From assembly GCA_000092065.1 (NCBI GenBank), contig CP000587.1: 64,000 nucleotides of DNA; one strand, written 5' to 3'. The DNA comes from Ostreococcus lucimarinus. Lineage: Eukaryota. A model generated the notes under the pieces. The model did no database searches and had not been told where the DNA came from. It saw only the letters and a list, made by a program, of their open reading frames with translations. Position numbers and translations under genes: made by a program. Numbering within the stretch: the stretch's first letter is position 1; every line of letters begins with the position of its first letter. Shown here piece after piece: positions 61,066-64,000 of the stretch.

Positions 61066-61797
61066 ATGCGGCGACGCGCGATGCACGACACGTTCGGGTA
61101 CGGCGCGCAGCCCGGGCCGGCGCCGGGGGTGTACGCGCCGGGAGAGGGCGCGAACTCCGGGCCGGGGCTGATGCCGTTCGACGGGTCGTCGCAAAAGAAA
61201 CGGAGAAACGCGGCCGCGGAGCGCATCAAGAAGACGTTCAACCCGTGGCACCTGGTCCTGGTGTTCATGACGCTGTTTCTGTACCTGAGTTATTACAGTC
61301 GCAAGGAGGTGGTGAGCAAAAGACGCGTGAGAAAGCACAAGGATGGGCTGGAGGGGGATTTGCGAGAGGTGCGAGCGCGAATGACGACGCTCGAACACGA
61401 CCTGTTTGTGCGCAGCAAAGAGCACGAAACGCTGACGCGAGAGTTGGATTCGATGCGACGCGAGCACGAGACGACGAAACACGAGCTAGAGGCGAAGAAG
61501 ATTGAGGTGAAGGAACACGTCGAGCGGGCGGCGAGCAAGCCGGTTCGAGCGGGCGACGTCTCGACGTGCCAAAAGGAGGTGAAGACGCTGAAGACGGAGA
61601 TGGAGTTGATGAGACACAAGTGCAGAGTGACGGAGCTAGAGTTAGAGCGCGCGAAACACGAAGCGGAGTTCATGAAGGAGCACATCAGAGAGGAAGTCAT
61701 CAAGGAGGATATCGAGCAACTCGAGAAGCAAATCGAAATCGATGAAAAGGCTGAGGCTGAGGCTGCGGCTCGCGAAGAAGTATCGCACTTTTCGTGA
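61066..61797 (+). CDS. Single-pass membrane coiled-coil protein (hypothetical)
   Basis: TM helix 'WHLVLVFMTLFLYLSYY', then a long charged coiled coil with a KEDIEQLEKQIEIDEK tail. Confidence 0.45.
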   Translation: MRRRAMHDTFGYGAQPGPAPGVYAPGEGANSGPGLMPFDGSSQKKRRNAAAERIKKTFNPWHLVLVFMTLFLYLSYYSRKEVVSKRRVRKHKDGLEGDLREVRARMTTLEHDLFVRSKEHETLTRELDSMRREHETTKHELEAKKIEVKEHVERAASKPVRAGDVSTCQKEVKTLKTEMELMRHKCRVTELELERAKHEAEFMKEHIREEVIKEDIEQLEKQIEIDEKAEAEAAAREEVSHFS

Positions 61798-61874
61798 TCG
61801 AACGGTAAATAGTATTCTTTTCATTCGAACAGTACAACTATACCTTTCTGATCTACCTTTCTATCGGCATCGCG

Positions 61875-63053
61875 CTACGTCAAGTCTACGGTCTCGATGT
61901 CGTTCCCCCCGCGCTCGTCGAGCTTTCGAGATTTTCCACGCAGCGTGAGAAGCAACCCGAAATGATCACTCGGCACAACGGGTAGCTCTAGTATTTGCGC
62001 CTTGCCGCGGTTGCTAACCGTTTTATGATACGTCACGCCTGGAATCGGATCGGTGCCCACCATCTCAACGCGTTTGACGTCAAAGTGCTTGAGTTTCACG
62101 AACGCCCGATCGAGACGCTTTTGCAGATAGCCACGAAGCATGGCGTTCTTGCGAGCGTCGTACGTGAAACCCGGATCGCCAGGCCGCGCCTCTAGCCACG
62201 CATCGCGCCAACCGTCGGGTAAAGGCACGGCGCCATCTTTGTCGTCCCAATTCGTATCGCCCATGAAAATCGCGTTCTCGTGCTGGTTCAGCCACGAAAA
62301 ACACTCAGACATTTGCACGGCGCGTTCGCGCGCGCTCGTTCGACTGGCGCTGATGTACGATTCCAGGTGCGACGTACCGAGCGCGAACGTCGCCCGGCTG
62401 CTCGGGCATCGCATATGACTGACGACGTCTAAATATCGTCCCATTTGCGAATTTCTAAACGCGTACTGATCTCGCTTCAAAACCTCACTGCGAACCACGC
62501 GCTTGAACAGCATCATGCTAAAATACTCTTGCAACGGGGGCTTGGGCCCGACCACGTAGGCATCCCACCACGGCTGCGCCCGCAACACGAACAACGCTTG
62601 CGGCGTCACCTCTTGCAAGCACACCACATGCGCGTCGCACGTCTCGATCACCTTCCCGAGCGCCTCCAACCGCTCCGCCTGCGCCACGTCTCCGAACCAC
62701 ACGTTATACGTCAACAATCTCAAATCTCCTTTTTCGATCGCGACGCCTTCGCGCGAGTCCTCCGCGTTCGCTTTCGGTTTCGCCGGCGCCGCCGTCGCGC
62801 GAAGCGTCTCCGACGTCTTCTCGCCCGCGCTCGGCGCGTTCACCATCGTCATCGCCAGCGCCCGCGCGCGCTCGTTCGCGCGCTCGCGAGTCACGTCTTT
62901 CGCGGACGGCCCCGGCGCGATCCCGCGTCGTTCGAGGCGTTCGGCGTGGAGCGCGGCGAGCCATCCGTTGTCGGAAGCCGTTCCAGCTGTCGTCTTTGGA
63001 TTTGAATCGACGTCGGCGCTCGTTTTCGCGCGTTTCGAGCGCGGCGACGACAT
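61875..63053 (-). CDS. TDP2: Tyrosyl-DNA phosphodiesterase 2 (TDP2)-like EEP nuclease
   Basis: 'LLTYNVWF', 'VVCLQEV', 'FMGDTNWDD' and 'PSDHFGLLL' match TDP2/EEP motifs. ATG ~63053. Confidence 0.7.
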   Translation of the reverse strand: MSSPRSKRAKTSADVDSNPKTTAGTASDNGWLAALHAERLERRGIAPGPSAKDVTRERANERARALAMTMVNAPSAGEKTSETLRATAAPAKPKANAEDSREGVAIEKGDLRLLTYNVWFGDVAQAERLEALGKVIETCDAHVVCLQEVTPQALFVLRAQPWWDAYVVGPKPPLQEYFSMMLFKRVVRSEVLKRDQYAFRNSQMGRYLDVVSHMRCPSSRATFALGTSHLESYISASRTSARERAVQMSECFSWLNQHENAIFMGDTNWDDKDGAVPLPDGWRDAWLEARPGDPGFTYDARKNAMLRGYLQKRLDRAFVKLKHFDVKRVEMVGTDPIPGVTYHKTVSNRGKAQILELPVVPSDHFGLLLTLRGKSRKLDERGGNDIETVDLT

Positions 63054-63203
63054 CGCCGGCGTTCGTCGCGCGACGAACGCGACGCGGCGCGCGCGGGCGG
63101 CGATGCGGGCGCGCGTGGTGCCGTTGCCCGCGCGCTCGCGAGTGCGGCGCGCGCGCCGGCGTCGCGGGAAACAATTCGTGTTTTACAAGAGCGAGCGCGT
63201 CGG

Positions 63204-63947
63204 TCACGCGTCGTCGTCGTCGTCGTCGGACGACGCGTTGCCTAATAAAGGCGCGGTGGTTTGCGCGACGTCCTCGCGCGTCGCGGTTTCGGCGGCGGCG
63301 CGACCTTCGTACGCGGCGAGGCACTCCTCGTCGCTCGCGCGCCAATACGCGGGCGCGCACCAACACCACAGCAATTCGCAAAACGCACCGTCGCGCTCCC
63401 AGCACGGTTCGGCGATGCCCTCGACCCAGCCGCGTTCGAGCGCCCAGACGTACGCGCCGCCGAGCGCGGCGTACGCGACGACGGCGCTCAACGCGACGAC
63501 GAGCGCCGCGCGAAGCGCCGCCCGACCGGCGCCGCCCTTCGCGAACGTCGACGGCGGCGGCGGCGGCGGCGGTGGTTTCGGCGGCATCGGCGGCGCGTCG
63601 GGCGGCGTCGGCGGGCTCGGCGCGCCCGGCGCGACCGACCCGACGACGCCGAGGAAATCAATCTCCGCCACCGCTCGCGCGCCGCACGGCAAAATCTTAT
63701 TCCGACACTTCATCGTCACCGTAAACTCCGTCCAAGACCCATCCTTCGGCGCCCCCTCCAGCGCGCACCGCTCGCTCGTCTCCCTCACCTCGCAAAACTT
63801 CCCGTCGTACCTCTCCGTCAGCGCCGCGTTTTGCGTCGTCAGTCGCGTCGCGTACGCGTCGCATCCCACCGCGCTGCACGCCGCGTCCCCTCCGTACGTC
63901 GTCGGTCCCAGCGCCGATCTCTCCCGCGTCGACGCGTTGAACGTCAC
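63204..63947 (-). CDS. Hypothetical proline-rich single-pass membrane protein with Cys-rich ectodomain (5' end may lie beyond the window)
   Basis: It has a poly-Pro stretch ((GGC)n on the + strand), the TM helix 'ALRAALVVALSAVVAYAAL', and a poly-D C-terminus. The frame stays open towards the window edge. Confidence 0.35.
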   Translation of the reverse strand: MTFNASTRERSALGPTTYGGDAACSAVGCDAYATRLTTQNAALTERYDGKFCEVRETSERCALEGAPKDGSWTEFTVTMKCRNKILPCGARAVAEIDFLGVVGSVAPGAPSPPTPPDAPPMPPKPPPPPPPPSTFAKGGAGRAALRAALVVALSAVVAYAALGGAYVWALERGWVEGIAEPCWERDGAFCELLWCWCAPAYWRASDEECLAAYEGRAAAETATREDVAQTTAPLLGNASSDDDDDDA

Positions 63948-64000
63948 CGTCTCTCCCGTCGGCAGCGTCGCCTCGCCCGCGCGTATCGTGAACGTCTCGA

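Overview
This 64 kb window is a very gene-dense, GC-rich eukaryotic nuclear segment, about 65-70 % GC overall with lower-GC patches. It is not prokaryotic, and no operons, CRISPR arrays, rRNA genes or convincing tRNA genes are present.

**Gene content.** About 45 protein-coding genes, roughly one per 1.4 kb. They are typical eukaryotic housekeeping genes: CPSF160, RPN11, SGT1, PRMT1, Rab1, Rab2, lipin, TDP2, bZIP, GATA and bromodomain factors. There are also several plastid-type or organelle-targeted proteins: cytochrome b6f subunit IV (petD), VTE5-like phytol kinase, TerC, TraB, a PDZ protein and a BCS1 AAA-ATPase. Most genes are single-exon. A few carry one or two short introns (72-380 nt) with GTGCGT, GTGAGC or GTACGA donors and CAG or TAG acceptors, sometimes with micro first exons. 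TGTAA motifs sit downstream of several stop codons. Together this points to a compact green-algal (picoprasinophyte-like) nuclear genome, but I cannot prove the organism.

**Caveats on the gene models.** The extreme GC produces long spurious Arg/Ala-rich antisense ORFs in the six-frame track. Several track ORFs open with non-ATG alternative starts; I moved the start to the first plausible ATG where homology supported it. Coordinates I derived by hand (exon boundaries, repeats) may be off by 1-2 nt.

**Main observations.**
- A nuclear, GC-adapted petD gene with a putative transit-peptide exon.
- A divergent gene pair whose start codons and first six codons are an 18-nt perfect inverted repeat (MGACAS).
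- A compositionally atypical 1,015-aa helicase-like ORF with no recognisable family.
- An AT-rich 0.9 kb non-coding island.
- Several introns and micro-exons that an ORF-only annotation would miss.
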